Counted from the stretch's first letter, positions 1 to 14,374 are shown. The stretch: 64,000 nt of DNA from Chrysomallon squamiferum (GCA_012295275.1 CM022672.1:18290001-18354000); one strand, 5' to 3'. Translations and numbers: made by a program. Notes: generated from the letters alone by a model not told the origin.

Positions 1-269
1 TTTTTAAGAATAGAAATAGTTTTTCTAAATTAATAAACAGAAGTATCTTTTCTGATATTTATTAATTATCCAAAAAGAGTTGTTGAACTTGGTTTTAAAA
101 ATAAAATTTATTATTGAAGTAATAATTTTAAAAAATACCTTCTATATAGTATATGTTTGTTAATTATACAAATACAGGATTGTTAAACTGCTAGTTACTT
201 TTTTTTATTAGTCACAAGACAAAAAAGCCTTATCAAAATAAAATTATTTTAATTTCTTTTACATTTCAG

Positions 270-299
270 GGAACAATGATTGTTGGATACGACAAACGG
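270..299 (+). CDS. PSMB5: Proteasome subunit beta type-5 family, internal 30-nt coding exon (GTMIVGYDKR)
   Basis: tttcAG acceptor at 268-269 and GTAAGT donor at 300. The translation matches the beta5 motif MGTMI(C)G(W/Y)DKR and joins the next exon in phase 0. Confidence 0.92.
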
Positions 300-785
300 G
301 TAAGTTACATCATTTACAGAATATGATTTATGTTTAAATTTAACATGGTTTGCAGATTTTGTTATATCATGTTCTTGTTGTTCTTCAAACAAAAAATTTT
401 GTTTGGACATACAGTCAGTGGATCTCAGTTAAAATTGGTATTTTTGATAAAAATCTGTTCTGGTTAATTCACAATTTTATAAATTGTTTTTTAAATATTA
501 ATACAGAATGTAATCACAGAATGGTAATCACTGTTGAAAACTAGAGGTTAGAACACAGATCTGAGATGTGATATGTAACAGGATCATTTCTACAGGTTAC
601 ACACATCAGTTGGTTTAAATCCATCACTAAAGGATCTCTTCACATTGCACCATGTTAAATTAAAAGCTTGTTCTTCACTGTGCATCATGTCATGTATGTA
701 ATGCTTTTCACTGAAGCCAGTCACTAACTTTACTTTTCTTCATATGTGAAGTCCATTAAATCATCTCATCCTACTTGCAAAACAG

Positions 786-990
786 GGACCTGGTCTGTAT
801 TATGTGGACAGCGATGGAGAGAGGCTGCCTGCGGAACTGCTGTCTGTGGGGTCAGGATCCCTGCATGCCTATGGTATACTGGACAGTGGCCACAAGTGGG
901 AACTGACCGATGAGCAGGCCTATGACCTGGCTAAGAAAGCCATCTACCACGCCACGCACAGAGATGCTTTTAGTGGAGGTGTCATCAACT
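786..990 (+). CDS. PSMB5: Proteasome subunit beta type-5 family, internal coding exon ([11 protein letters not shown]...SVGSGS...[11 protein letters not shown])
   Basis: aacAG acceptor at 784-785 and GTGAGT donor at 991. Contains the hallmark beta5 motifs [14 protein letters not shown] and RDAxSGG. Ends in phase 1. Confidence 0.97.
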
Positions 991-1095
991 GTGAGTGATA
1001 AACACGAATCATTTGTAAAGTGAATTTTAGTTTTATTAAAACATCTGTCTGTATAGTGTGTCAGAATCAGATTGAAAGCTTTACACATTATTATT

Positions 1096-1161
<66 letters not shown>

Positions 1162-1590
1162 TTTTTTTCATTATTATTTGCTTTTATTGTTGTTCAGTAT
1201 TTTTACAAATATTTTGTAATCAGATTTAGGACAAGCATATTCACCAAACTCACCTATAGTTGAATTGTGATGCTGAATTCTCTGTAAATCATTTTATTAT
1301 TATTTTTGTTTTTGTCCTTTATGAAAACCATCTATCTGTCAGACCATAAAAAAAGTCCCAAAACAACTCAAACAACAATAACAAAAAAAAAAGACTAAGA
1401 ATGCTTTAAAAACCCAGCTAAATCCCGCAATTAATATACACTCCATTTCCTTCAAAATGTGTTTATATGAAATCAAGGCACTAAGATTGTGCAGTATTTA
1501 TTATTTTAATAAAATTAGTATTGCTTTTACATGATTTATCAATTGTTATTTTTGTCCGTAATAATCGTTTCTATTTGTTTTGAATTTCAG

Positions 1591-1691
1591 TATATCACAT
1601 GAAAGACACTGGCTGGGTGAAAATATCTCAAACAGATGTTGGAGAATACCATTACGTCCTTCAAGAGGAGAAGAAACAGGCTAAAATATAG
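1591..1691 (+). CDS. PSMB5: Proteasome subunit beta type-5 family, last coding exon ((L)YHMKDTGWVKISQTDVGEYHYVLQEEKKQAKI*)
   Basis: tttcAG acceptor at 1589-1590. The phase-1 join gives TTA (Leu) followed by YHMKxxGWVK, typical of the beta5/beta5i C-terminus. TAG stop at 1689-1691. Confidence 0.95.
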
Positions 1692-2610
1692 TGACACTTT
1701 AAAGACTGAACTAAAAACAGGGAGAAATTGTTAAAAACGTTTATCATCTTAGTGATGGTTTATCACATTTCGTTCATTGCAGGAAGAGTTTCGCACATTC
1801 ATTAAATTAATTATCAATAACAGTGAAGGGTGTTTTTTGTTTCACTTTCTTGTTTCTTTTTTTTTTTTGTTTTAAAATTAATATCCCACATGAAATAGTT
1901 TTGAAGTTTTTATTTATTTTATTAATATGTTTTTTCCCCAATCTGTTTACAATGAAAAGTAAACGTGATATGTTTCTTTAAAAAAAAAAAAAAGGCATCT
2001 GATGTGATTTCATTGTCTAATGTTATTAAGCACCAGTAATAAGGAATTTAATTAAACTAATGAAAGTAAATAAAACCATTCATCAAAATGAATGTGAAAA
2101 TTTTGTAAAAAAAAAAAAGCTTTTGGGAAATTTATTATTAGCTCTGTCAAGGGAAGTAACTCATGAATGGCTATTCAGATCAACATTTATCTCCTAATTA
2201 TTGGATTTAATGTGTTTATTTATTTTAAGCTGATTACATCTGTAGATCCTTTTGTATGAATTTTATATAATACTATACACTCCTTACAAATAGAAATTTA
2301 ATCTTGAAAGCAAAGGGGTTTTTTAATAATTTTTGAATTACTATACATTACTGATGAACGAAACACTGGATAAATATTGAATGATCAATTCCAAAAGGTT
2401 TATGTAAAATTTTACTTTTGAAAAACTGGATAAAGTGCTTTCAAATAAAACATCACAAACAACAGTTTTTGAATTACTATACATTACTGATGAACGAAAC
2501 ACTGGATGAATATTGAATGATCAATTCCAAAAGGTTTATGTAAAATTTTACTTCTGAAAAACTGGATACATTGCTTTCAAATAAAACATCACAAACAACA
2601 GTTTTTGATA
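1692..2610 (+). other. Probable PSMB5 3' UTR / polyadenylation region (end not determinable)
   Basis: Follows the stop codon and is AT-rich. AATAAA hexamers at about 2069, 2444-2449 and 2580-2585. Confidence 0.5.
2330..2608 (+). repeat. Tandem duplication, 136-bp unit x2 (near-identical)
   Basis: tttttgaattactatacattactgatgaacg...catcacaaacaacag at 2330-2465 and 2466-2601, with only a few substitutions. Confidence 0.95.
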
Positions 2611-2748
2611 GTTGTTCAAATTAACAATCGTTAAACTTTTTTTCACAGCATTCTATAAGAATAATTATATGGAGAATAATTTCTTTATAGAGGGAATATA
2701 GAGATTTATTTATTTATTTATTTTTATTATTAATACAATAGACAGCAA

Positions 2749-2927
2749 ATTACATATTAGAAATGATATGTATTTGACTGATAACAGAACAAAAAAAAAA
2801 CAAGAAAAAATACATGTACTCTTATAGTATATATTGTGTTTAAATTTAATAACACTATAAGAGTACATGTATTTTTATTTTTTTTTTTCTGTTATCGGTC
2901 AAATACGTATGATTTCTAATTTGTAGT
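2749..2927. repeat. Long inverted repeat (fold-back / MITE-like), ~75-80 bp arms, 25-nt spacer
   Basis: 2749-2828 (attacatattagaaatgatatgtatttgactgataacagaac...tacatgtactcttatagt) is the near reverse complement of 2854-2927. Confidence 0.9.
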
Positions 2928-4407
2928 TAGCCTTCAGTGAAAACGTACCACGCTTTTCCCATTAACAGCAAGGGTCCGATTCGCGCATCGTGCCGCAGGT
3001 GAAAAAAAGAAAAAAAGAAGCATATTCAATAATCTTTGAATTCAGTGACGCACTGAAGAGGAATAAATTACAGTCCGCTATGACAAAAAACAACTACAAC
3101 AACAAACGACGGCACGGTGATTGTTGGATAACGGCACCAGAAGAAACACTAATAGAATCTGCACGTGCTGATAATGCATAAAATTTAGCAAGTGCTGCAT
3201 AAAATTTGGGAAGAATTAATCATAATGCGTCTCTAGAGAAATTACATTTATTTTTCAATGGGCAGCGCAAATGGTCGTTACTTCACCAGGGACACGGAGT
3301 TTTACATTAAAATAGTGATCAGAAAGTCTCAGCAGTTTGAGCGATGATGACATCCCAGGCTGCTGGTTACATCAGTTTGTAATCAGGTACGTATCATCGT
3401 TAAGCGTGTCCTGGTTAAATGAGATTACAGGGTGAAAAGTAAACTGACTCCAAAGAGAATATTTAAAAATGAATTGTATGTGTGCGCATGCGTTATTGCA
3501 TAATATATATGTTAGGCATAAAAAATTAAAAAAAGTTAAAAAATTAGTATAGTGAATTTTTCTGTTTGTTGTGTATCGTGTCATCATTACATTATTAAAA
3601 ACAACAGCACCACCATATCTATACGGTAGTAATAAACATACTTATAGTATCAGAAACACAAATGGTAGTAGTAGCAGAAGCGGCAGTAATAGTAGTGGTA
3701 GTTATTGTTGTATTATTATTGTCGTAGAAACAATTGTAGTAGTGGTAGTAATTGGAGCAATAGCTGATGCAATAAAATCCGGTAGTAATGATGGTATTTG
3801 TTTTCACGATTGTAACATCCGCCAAATATTCAGTAACGGATTAATTAACCTATTTACACAATAAGTCAATGCCCAACAGTTCCACATAATTCAGAAATAA
3901 AAGAAAAACGACAACAAATTCGACAGTCGACAGGAGTATTACACAAAGATAACCTCTAAGAAATATAACGTGTACTATTCGTTCAGAACCCGTAAGAGGC
4001 TTTTAAGAAATATTTGAATCCCAGATGGCACGTTTACCTACATCAAAGTACATATCCGTTGAACAGTGAAAGCTCTTCGAAGTTTCTAAAGTGATTTTTC
4101 ATGTCAAAACCGTTCATCTCTTTTCTAACTTTTTTTGTTGTAAATTGCAAATTGCAGCTTGGTGCTGGGGGCATATGCTTTAAAAAGAAGGGAAAAAAGA
4201 AAAAGAAAAAGACTAAGAAATTCTCGATGCCATCGAGCAAGTAGGTCGTGGGAAGAATTCTTTGACATCTATCGTATAATTCAAAATGATAGACAGACCT
4301 CGCTGTGGAGCGGAGACAAATTCGTTTTGTCATGTACAAATGAAATAGTCATTGCTTGGCATATTGTCTTCAGTTCTCTTGCTGTGCCGAAAATGACTGT
4401 CAATATG

Positions 4408-4448
<41 letters not shown>

Positions 4449-4779
4449 AGAAGAAGAAGAAGGAAAAAAGAAAATGATAATGATTATGATTTTGATGATG
4501 ATGATTACAACAACAGCAACAGCAACAATAATAATAAACACACACAAAAAAATATATATATATTAATAAAATATAAAATATAAAATTACAACACACTGCT
4601 CTTCTGGGTCACTTCAGTATGTTTTGTGTGTCATCGTGACTTTGACTCGGATAGAAAAATAAATACAAAAATAGCTATACGTAATCGTAACAGTATAAAA
4701 TATAATCGTAGAAACAACCATTAACGTACGTACACACATATAGAAACATATATAAATACAAACACCCATACATATATAC

Positions 4780-4816
<37 letters not shown>

Positions 4817-5328
4817 CACACAATCAAACTTTTGTGCGTACATTTGTACACTCTGATATATACAGAAGAATTCATAAATATATTCACGCACATAGACACA
4901 CACATTCATACAAACGTACAGATAAATACATAAACACGTACATACAAATACGTACACACACATAATTATACACAGTTGTTAAAATCAAGAACACTCACAC
5001 ATTCTCACTGATAGACTCACACAGGCAAACACTACAGTTTATGCTGTTTAGTTCAATTCATTAATCACAGGATGGAGAATTGTATTCCTTCGTTATACAG
5101 CGCTTATCGATCTCTAATTATTAAACGAATAATCCCCCCTTATCAGATTATATCCGGGTATTTACATTCTTTAGACTGGCGCTATCTTTCTCTGTGTACA
5201 AATATGTGATTGATTACGCTGCGTAATGGAGTAATGATGAACGGTCAGTGAAAAAAAAACCCATCCCAAATTAAAACGTCTTAAATCATTTCCCAATCGA
5301 GAAAGTATTTTGCAAGAATTTAAATTAC

Positions 5329-5391
<63 letters not shown>

Positions 5392-6644
5392 AAATGTGTG
5401 TGTGTGTGTGTGTGTATGTGTGTGTGCATGTATGTATATATATATATATATATATATTTTTGCTGGAATAATAAGAGGAAAAATAAACTGATTTTAAAAT
5501 GAATACTGTTTATCATGGGAAATAGGAAATTGTTTACTAAATGACTTTCTTTTTTTTTCTTTTTCTTTTTTTTTTCCCTTATAAGACTTTGTACTTAACA
5601 GAGGCATATCGAATAAAGAAGAAGTAAATAGGAGAATACAAGAGGAAAAGATGAAAGATAGAAGCGAGTGATGATCAAGAAAGGAAGGATCTGCAGTTGT
5701 AATTATGGCATCCTCGATTTGGTTTAAGAACTAAACAGAAGTAAGAAAAGAAACCCTTCAAGTAACGAGATGGTCTAATAATTTACGATAACCTTTAAAT
5801 ATACCTCCCCGTAGTCAGGGTAACTCAGACTGCGTTCTTTGACCAATCAGTTGTGGGGCACGGGCTAAAAAGGCCGTCGACGCCCTAAGAACGTCCACTG
5901 AACTATAGCCCGTCCAGATGAGAGAGAGAGAAAAAAACGATGCTGCAGAACAACGATGACGATGATGTTGATTACGATGATAATGATAATAAAATGTAAA
6001 AAAAAATGTAAAAAACTGCAAAAGTCATCTCTAAAAAAGATCACCCATTTCTATAAATTCTCTGAATGAAATGAATCTATAATTATCAATTTTCCCGTCA
6101 AAAAAAAAAAAAAAAAAAAAAACCGCACACCATTTTCGATAAATATTTCTTCTAACGAAATTAGTTGTTGTTTATGCTAAATTTAATTTTAATCTTGTGA
6201 TGTATCCACGGAACACTGATATTGTACCCAGAGGAGCTATCAGATGAATAGCTAGCTGTATTTAAAGTAGGAAAGAGACGGTTAATTCTAACACAGAAAC
6301 AGTTCTGTCGATTTGCGCAGTAATGAATTAACGCGGAGAAATATGTTGATAAAACACACACGTATCTCGCTGGATTTAGGAATTCAGAAAGAAAAAAAAA
6401 AAAAAAAAAAAAAGCATGTGATCGTTGAGTTGGTTGAAATGGGTTTTGTTTTGATAAGTTTCTAAAAATATGGTCAGTTTTTATGAAATAAAATATTCTC
6501 TCTTTGGCAGATATTAAATTATCTGATACAGTGATATTTATGGAATAAATACAGTCTGATTGTACATGATTTCATGTACTGATTTAAGATAGAAGACTAC
6601 TGTGTATAACTCCTGGTGATTATATGACCATAAAACATATTATT

Positions 6645-6795
6645 ATGTATGTATGTGTGTATGTATGTGTCTGTCTGTCTGTCTGTATGTATGTATGTAT
6701 GTATGTATGTATGTATGTATGTATGTATGTATGTATGTATGTATGTATGTATGTATGTATGTATGTGTGTGTGTGTGTGTGTATGTGTGTGTGTG
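6645..6795. repeat. (TATG)n/(TG)n compound microsatellite
   Basis: Directly visible. Confidence 0.95.
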
Positions 6796-8096
6796 TTGTA
6801 TGTACGTGTGTGTATGTGTGTGTATAAGTATATATATATATGCCTAGGTACGCGCATGGTCATGGAATTTAGCTCTCAGAGCGTTGCAGATGATTTTAGG
6901 TTAATACATATAGCGCAAACATTAACATAGTATTTATTATTATTATTATTATTAAAAATGTTTTTAAAGCAATTCCTTCCATTATATGTGTATTTTTAAT
7001 TAATTACACAGAACACTACATGACAATCGACATTCACCACAGCGCCAGTCAGAACTCTTTTTATCAAAATATTTCATTTTCACAAATCGAAGTAACGTCA
7101 TCGTCGAATTGCGTGCACGTGGCCAAGGGCGTACGGAAGTTAGATTGAGCATTAAAGTAGCTCAATAACACATTCACGAAATCAGAGGCGACCTTGACCC
7201 TGCCTGTGTACCAGACGACCTGAAGCACATGTCAACAGTCTGTACGGATATAATGACAGTTGATTTGATTATCGCAACATTTATCTAGAGATGACAGCGT
7301 TGTGTAGATGATACACGGTTCATAACTGACAATACCACAGTCTCATGGAGCATTCGGAAACAAGCAGGACAGTCCAGCATTTTGTGCACCTGGTCGTCAA
7401 TCTTGCTCCATCTCAAGCAGGACCTTAATTTGTCCTTGGTTTTGGAGTATATTTTAAAAGGAATTACATAAATTACCTTACATAGATAGGTACGTGACAA
7501 AATCGTATTTTTCGCTGTTAGCCGAATTCTCAACGGCCGTACTGCAAAATATCCAGACCTAGTTTAAAACTTTGTTATTTTTTTAAATTTCAATGTTGTA
7601 GTAATATATGTGCGTGTATCTGTTGCTTCGCTATTGAATTTTTCTTTTACTGTTATTTATCAAAGAAAAATGCTTTAAATAAAATGTAATCCATTTGTAG
7701 TGTATGAATGCATTGATTCATGTATAAATCTTATGCCAGTAAGTTTGAAAAACTGAAATTTTGAGATCAACCACAAACTAGCCCTCATGACATAAAGTGA
7801 CATTTGATAAATCAACACATTAAAGTATAATTTGTGTATTTTATACAGTTTCTTACAGTTCATCTCATCATTAAACATGTTAAAAATATACACAAACAAT
7901 TAATAAATATTTTCCTTTTGGGAAATATAGAAATAGCCATGGTGTTCTGAAATGGATTGGTAACTTTTGTAAAATGACCCATTTTACACTGTTTGACTGC
8001 AGCATTTTTATTTATATCTATCTACATACTCTCTCTCTAACACACACATACAAAGAAAAGCATACGTATGCACACGTATGTAGATATATACACGAG

Positions 8097-8141
<45 letters not shown>

Positions 8142-9008
8142 ATAGACAAACATGAATATACACAAACATATATACATTTACATACATACATACATACAAA
8201 GACAAACACCATACACTCATATACTTACCCATTCTACTCATGGAAAGCAAGACAGTCATGCATATATACAATTAAATAACTTTTACATCACATCACACAC
8301 ATTACATACATACATACATACATTAATAATACATACATGCATATATTCATCAACAAAAACAAATACGTACAACAACACACACACACACACACAGACGCGA
8401 GCGCGCGGACATGCATATGCATACATCCTAGACAGAGACAGCTAAAAAGTCATACATACATCTACAATTAAATAGCTTTTACATCACATCAGTACTCAAG
8501 CTGACTGCAGTCTTACAAGCACAACTCGTTGCACATAATAATGGATGTCTACGTATTGTATAATGAATAACAATACTTACTTGTTTTCCTGGTAAATGAA
8601 CCGTTAACTGAAAACCCGAAAAGAAAATACAATTAGAGAACGCTAACCCTGGTGTCGACGAACTAATTTTACAAAATGTTACTTTGTTACGTCATAATGC
8701 AATGACGTTTAATATCGGTTCGGAACTTGACGCTTAATTAGATCCAGGATATTTGCCGAAGATATCCGAACTGTCCCGAACAATCTCGTGTGCTGTTTGT
8801 ACGTCAGTAATAATAATAATAATAATAATTACTTTAAACAGCAATAAACATAATATTTATTTTTAAAGACGGGATCGGCTGAGTTTGTTTTCATAAATAC
8901 ATTTTTGAAGCTTTTTATCTGCATGAAACTTGTGTTTATCTAGAAAGAGAAACAGAATAAGAATAAATAATAGAAAGATAATATTTTAAAACATTTACAC
9001 ACGCATAA

Positions 9009-9154
<146 letters not shown>

Positions 9155-9933
9155 TTTAATTGTGTGTGTGTGTGAAATCATAAATAAAATTAAAAAGAAA
9201 GTAAATAAGAAACGTGCTACGTTTCAAAGTTTGAATTGTTGCAGAACAAAAATTAAAATTTATTACATTCAAAATAATATTAAACATCAAACAGCATTAG
9301 TCACAGTCTTTTTTTTTTAATTTATTTATTTCTTTTGTACTGTGTAACCTTTCAAGCAATCATCTTTGTAAAATGGAATCAGTATCATGCTTTATGACTT
9401 TTATTCTAATACAGCTTAGAAAAACCAATCAAGCAACCATAAATATGCATAAAACGTCTGCAGAATGCTACACGCCTGTGTGAATACAACTAATCGAAAG
9501 CCCAGTGCTATTTTCGAAGAGTTCTGACGAAACGTATATTTTCCATACGAAAATTATTCTGGTTCAAGTCGTTTTAGTCCCACACCAGTCTTTGTCGATA
9601 GCTCCAGCGCAAGAAGAAAATATGTTACAGAATCGATGTCTTCAGATGATGTATCCGTTGTATCTTTGCAGTATTACTGCAAGTTTCTGAATTAGCTGAA
9701 ATAATTTTAAAGAATGCAGAAAAAAAAATCCAAAACCAACAACAACAAAAAAAAAAAACATCAAAAAAACCCAAACAACAACAACCAAAAACAAAACAAA
9801 AAAGACAATTACAACACACAAACAAATATGCAAAAACGATTAAAAAAAAGAAATTGATATAAGGAGGAAAACAGAATGAGAAAGACAAAGAGAGAGTAGT
9901 AAAGAAGAAGAAGGAGAAGAGAGAGAGAGAGAT

Positions 9934-10004
<71 letters not shown>

Positions 10005-10493
10005 CAAATTTGTTAAAGAGAAATAATACGAAAACAACAAAAACAGGTAATAATGTCAGTCAAATCTGATGCTATCTATAATAATCTGGGGTTTTCGTTA
10101 TCAGCGATCAGCACTTAAGTCTATGTCCATGATTTGAATCAGTCATCTGGAATTAGAAGCCTTTTCTACGTACATTATTTTACATGCAAACACTTTTTTC
10201 AAAATGCCCAGACAACAAAACGGTAAATTGACTAACTGTTTACATGGTCAGTTAGTCTATTCTTTATCAACAAAGATAACCATCTGAAAGGAAAAGCATG
10301 CGAGTTTATTGACCAGAAAGAGATAACCAGAAAGAGATATAAAATATTGAACTAACTGCTATTGGAAATAACCAGCCCGAATTCCAGAAGGATTAAAACG
10401 AAAATGTTTCTCAGATTGTATTTTGGTTTGGGCTTCTTTTTAGAGTTATTTGTACAGGTATAATAAGGTCGTTGCATGTATTGATGTCTGTAT

Positions 10494-10581
<88 letters not shown>

Positions 10582-10620
10582 GCTGCTACTACTACTGCTG
10601 CTGCTGCTCCTACTGCTAAC
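10494..10620. repeat. (TAC)n/(TGC)n microsatellite
   Basis: Directly visible. Confidence 0.95.
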
Positions 10621-11934
10621 TGCTATCACTATACCCCACTAGAACTGTTGCTGCTATTACGATAACTACTATCGCTACTAGTAGTAATACAGTTATACAA
10701 CTAAAACTGCCATTGCTTAATACTGTTATCACAACTACTACTTCTACTGTTGATTAGTACTGGTACTTCTACTCTTGCAACTATTACTACAAACAAGAAG
10801 AAGAAGAAGAAGAAGAACAACAACAACAACAGTAATAATAATAATAATAATAAATGATAATAGCAATAATAAAAAACAAATAATATTCAGATGACTAATC
10901 TATCTTTATTTCTGCAGCATTATTTGACTGTGCCTTCATGTTATTGACCAACCTTTCAGTTCGAAAGCAAATATTTTTTTTTTTTTTTAAAGTAGAATAA
11001 AAAGAAGAAGAAGAAAAATATAAGATGACAACATTAAATCCCAGTCAGGATGGTTAGGTAAATTATTAATAGTTTCTACAACAATGCATCGCAAACTACT
11101 GGTATCATTATTTATTTATTGTTATATATATATATTTTTGATTTCTTTGCATGTTTCTTTATTATCTCTGAGATACACACGTAAATAACATTCAGAATAC
11201 CGTCTGCTCTCAATTTAGTATTTTCATGAATTCTTTCTTTTATAAAATATACTTTTCCTTCAACAGTTCTTTTTCTGATTTTTTTTCTCAAAAGAAATTC
11301 CTTGTTTTTTTTATTTATAAGAAACCCTTCCAAATCAAATTTTCCTTAACATGTACACCTAATGCTGTAAGATAACACTGTATTCCATCCTTGACAAATA
11401 CGATTTAAAAAGCACATAAATGTTCTACACAGAGCGAGTTCATTTCTGCATTAAGTTTCTTGCATTTCCGTTTTCTCCGCAAGATACCAATACGAAATTA
11501 GGCTAGCGTCGGAAACCAGTGCCATCTGCTTAACGGCCTCTTTGGCATGAAAAGGAGGAGGATTTATGCTCTCGGTTTTAACGAATTATGGATTCATTCG
11601 TGCTCTTTCGCAGAAGATGAAAAATAGTCCCTTTTCCTAGGTCCTTGGATGCTGGATAAACAGATGCCACACATTGATTTCTTAGGGTACGTGGATTTTG
11701 CGTGAAAAAAAAACGTCTTGCGAAATATATCGTAGGTGTTGCGGATTTCCGTTGCTGTTTTGTAGTATGGAAGAGATGCCGACGGTGAAGACGTCTGCAA
11801 ATTTATTTAAGACTCTTCAAACACGAGTCTCACAGATAAACGATGATATAGTAAACATCTGTTACTGCCATCTATGAACTGAATTATTAGGTGTGTTTTT
11901 TTTTTTTTAAGATACAAACATTTATCATCGCCGT

Positions 11935-12012
<78 letters not shown>

Positions 12013-13059
12013 TCAAAATGAAAATAATTCGTTTAAAATGGCAAACAGTTTCGATTGAGGGCCAGAAAGTTAGTAAGTTACATGTTAGCTGAAACTAGCT
12101 TTAAGTTAGAAAGTCTGTCCAGTACACAAATAGTTCTGATTTCGTTTCGTTTATTTATTATCAACAATGTATTTAAATTTAGGTTTATTTATTAACTGCA
12201 ACAAATAACTTGTAAAGACTGGGTTATTTAATATAACCGTCTTCTGTAAAACCAGAAATATTTACTTTTCTTTTTTTTTTTTTTTTTTTTTTTTTCTCTC
12301 TCTGTAAAATTTATTATATTTGTTTTCTGAATGCTTTATTTTTCTTGTTGCTTTACTTGATTTTCCTGGATCAGCATGATTAAACAATCTTTCTTCATTA
12401 TCTTCTTTTTCTTAAAATTTTTATCAAATGCTCCGACATCGGATCGTGACAATAATGTTTATCTTCCATGCAGACACACTCAAAAAAATCTTATCTGTGG
12501 TTATTATATTAAACGCCATAATGGCGATCATTCAAAGTTTTTAAAGCACTGAGTAAGTGAGTTTTGAAATTTCGCATTAGAATCATGCAATTTATTTTCG
12601 AACGCTCAAACAGACAGGGAGATTTTTTGGGGAAAAAAAGGTTTCTATCAAAAAATTTGCTTGAGGAGATATGACTTAATAAAAGCCATTGTGATGCGCC
12701 GATTCGATTACACTCAGATGCTGTGTTGCCTTTATCGCACTTCCAATTCATTTCATTATATCTTTTTATTAATTTTTTTTTTTTTTTTTACTTTTGATCA
12801 CGAAAACGATGACGTAGTGATGATGATGACAAGCCGACTGATTGTGACGATACTTAACAGTGTTATGATGTAAACTTCAAAAAATTTAATAAATAAAGAA
12901 TTTAACATACTTTCCATAATTATCAGTTTTTTTTTTTTTTTAAGAAGTATTCTAACACATATATTCAGTTATAATATTTAAAAAAAAAAAAAATTCTCTT
13001 ACAAATATCCATTTTTTTAAAAACTATTATTATTACGGTTATATTCAATATTCATCGGT

Positions 13060-13620
13060 GAAAATAAACACAAGACTTTTTTTCTGTGTATTTTATTTAT
13101 ATTTCCAGCATAACAATGGTGACAGTTCTGTTATTTACACATTGTGTTTTCAGTATCAAAACAAAAAATAACATTACCAGGTTTTTTTTCTTTTTCTTTT
13201 TTGCGGTATTCAGTAACAAAGCAAAAAAAAAACAAGTCCTGAATTATTTATGTTTTCAATATCAGAACAAAAACAAGTCTAACACAGTTTTCTTTTTTTT
13301 TAATAATCAAAGAGACCAGTACAAGTTTATGTGTTTTCAATATATTGACAAATGGAACAAAAGTTTAAGTCTTCAACAATAAACAGAAAGAAGTGCCATT
13401 TACGTTTTTGACATTAAAACATAGAAAAGAACATTATAATTTACGACAGAAGAAAAGAACAATTTACGTTTTCCGTATCATAACAGAAAGAGTAAAAGTG
13501 CAAATTTAGGTGTTGTTTTTTGTTAAGACAGAAAGAGGAAAATCATATTTACGTTTTTTGTAATTATTCAAACAGAATATTTTTACAGTTGACATTTTCA
13601 TCATTAAAACCGAAAAAAAA
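13060..13620. repeat. Degenerate ~40-bp tandem repeat
   Basis: Recurring units of the form atttacgtttt...aacagaaag(a). Confidence 0.55.
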
Positions 13621-14374
13621 AAAAAAACAGCTTGTCTTCAAATTAATAAAAAACTAATAAGATCACTGTAAAATTCCGCAATTTACACTCTCATCCCTAA
13701 AAAATAAATTTAAAAAGTATAATTATAAAATTAGAAACCAAACCAAAATACACCCACACCCACACACTTAAATTTCCATCATTAAGTCTAAAATCCATTT
13801 AGTATAATTATAGCAAAATACCTTTACCGTATTACAAAAGGTTAAAGACACGTAGATAGTATAAATTATATACATGTGTCAGACAGCACAATTTCTACCT
13901 AAGTTTAAAAAAACCCTAAAAAATAAAAAAAATTAAAACAAGAAAGCAGATAGCGCGTATATATACGTCTGTCTTTTCAAAAACTTTACGGCAAAAATAC
14001 AGGAACTGTGCATAACACGTGCATGCGTGTTTTCAGAGTTTCTTCGTTCGCCGGGAAGCATGGTTCAGAATTACTCACACACCCACGGGATAATCACAAA
14101 CTTGCTTTCTTCTGTCTTTCTTTTCTTTTCTTTCTTTTTTTTTTACGCACAATTTTTGCATTAAAAGAATAGCGCGCGCTGAGACATTTGCACACACACC
14201 ACCCTAGAGTATTGGGTCTCCTAACGTTGACGCGAGAAACAATTAACACAGCCGAAGAAACGAAATACTCGTTACCGAAGTGAAAAGAGTTTTGAACCTT
14301 GTGATAGCTGGACATAACCATTGAGAACACTGCCATCGCCGTGTGCGGCCAGATTGTTTTCAATGGAGGATCGA

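Noticed and set aside
4159-4596. Poly-K/E/F/C ORFs and the many VCMY/THTH/LSLS ORFs throughout the window
   Set aside because: Translations of microsatellites and homopolymers.
5815-5920. Possible second RTE 3' relic (minus strand IWTGYSSVDVLRAS...APQ)
   Set aside because: Similarity is limited to WTG and PQ, with no tail repeat. Too weak.
7285-7533. Minus ORF with LDCPACFRML (RING-like CxxC)
   Set aside because: The remaining RING Cys/His ligands are absent, there are no clear splice sites, and the start is non-ATG.
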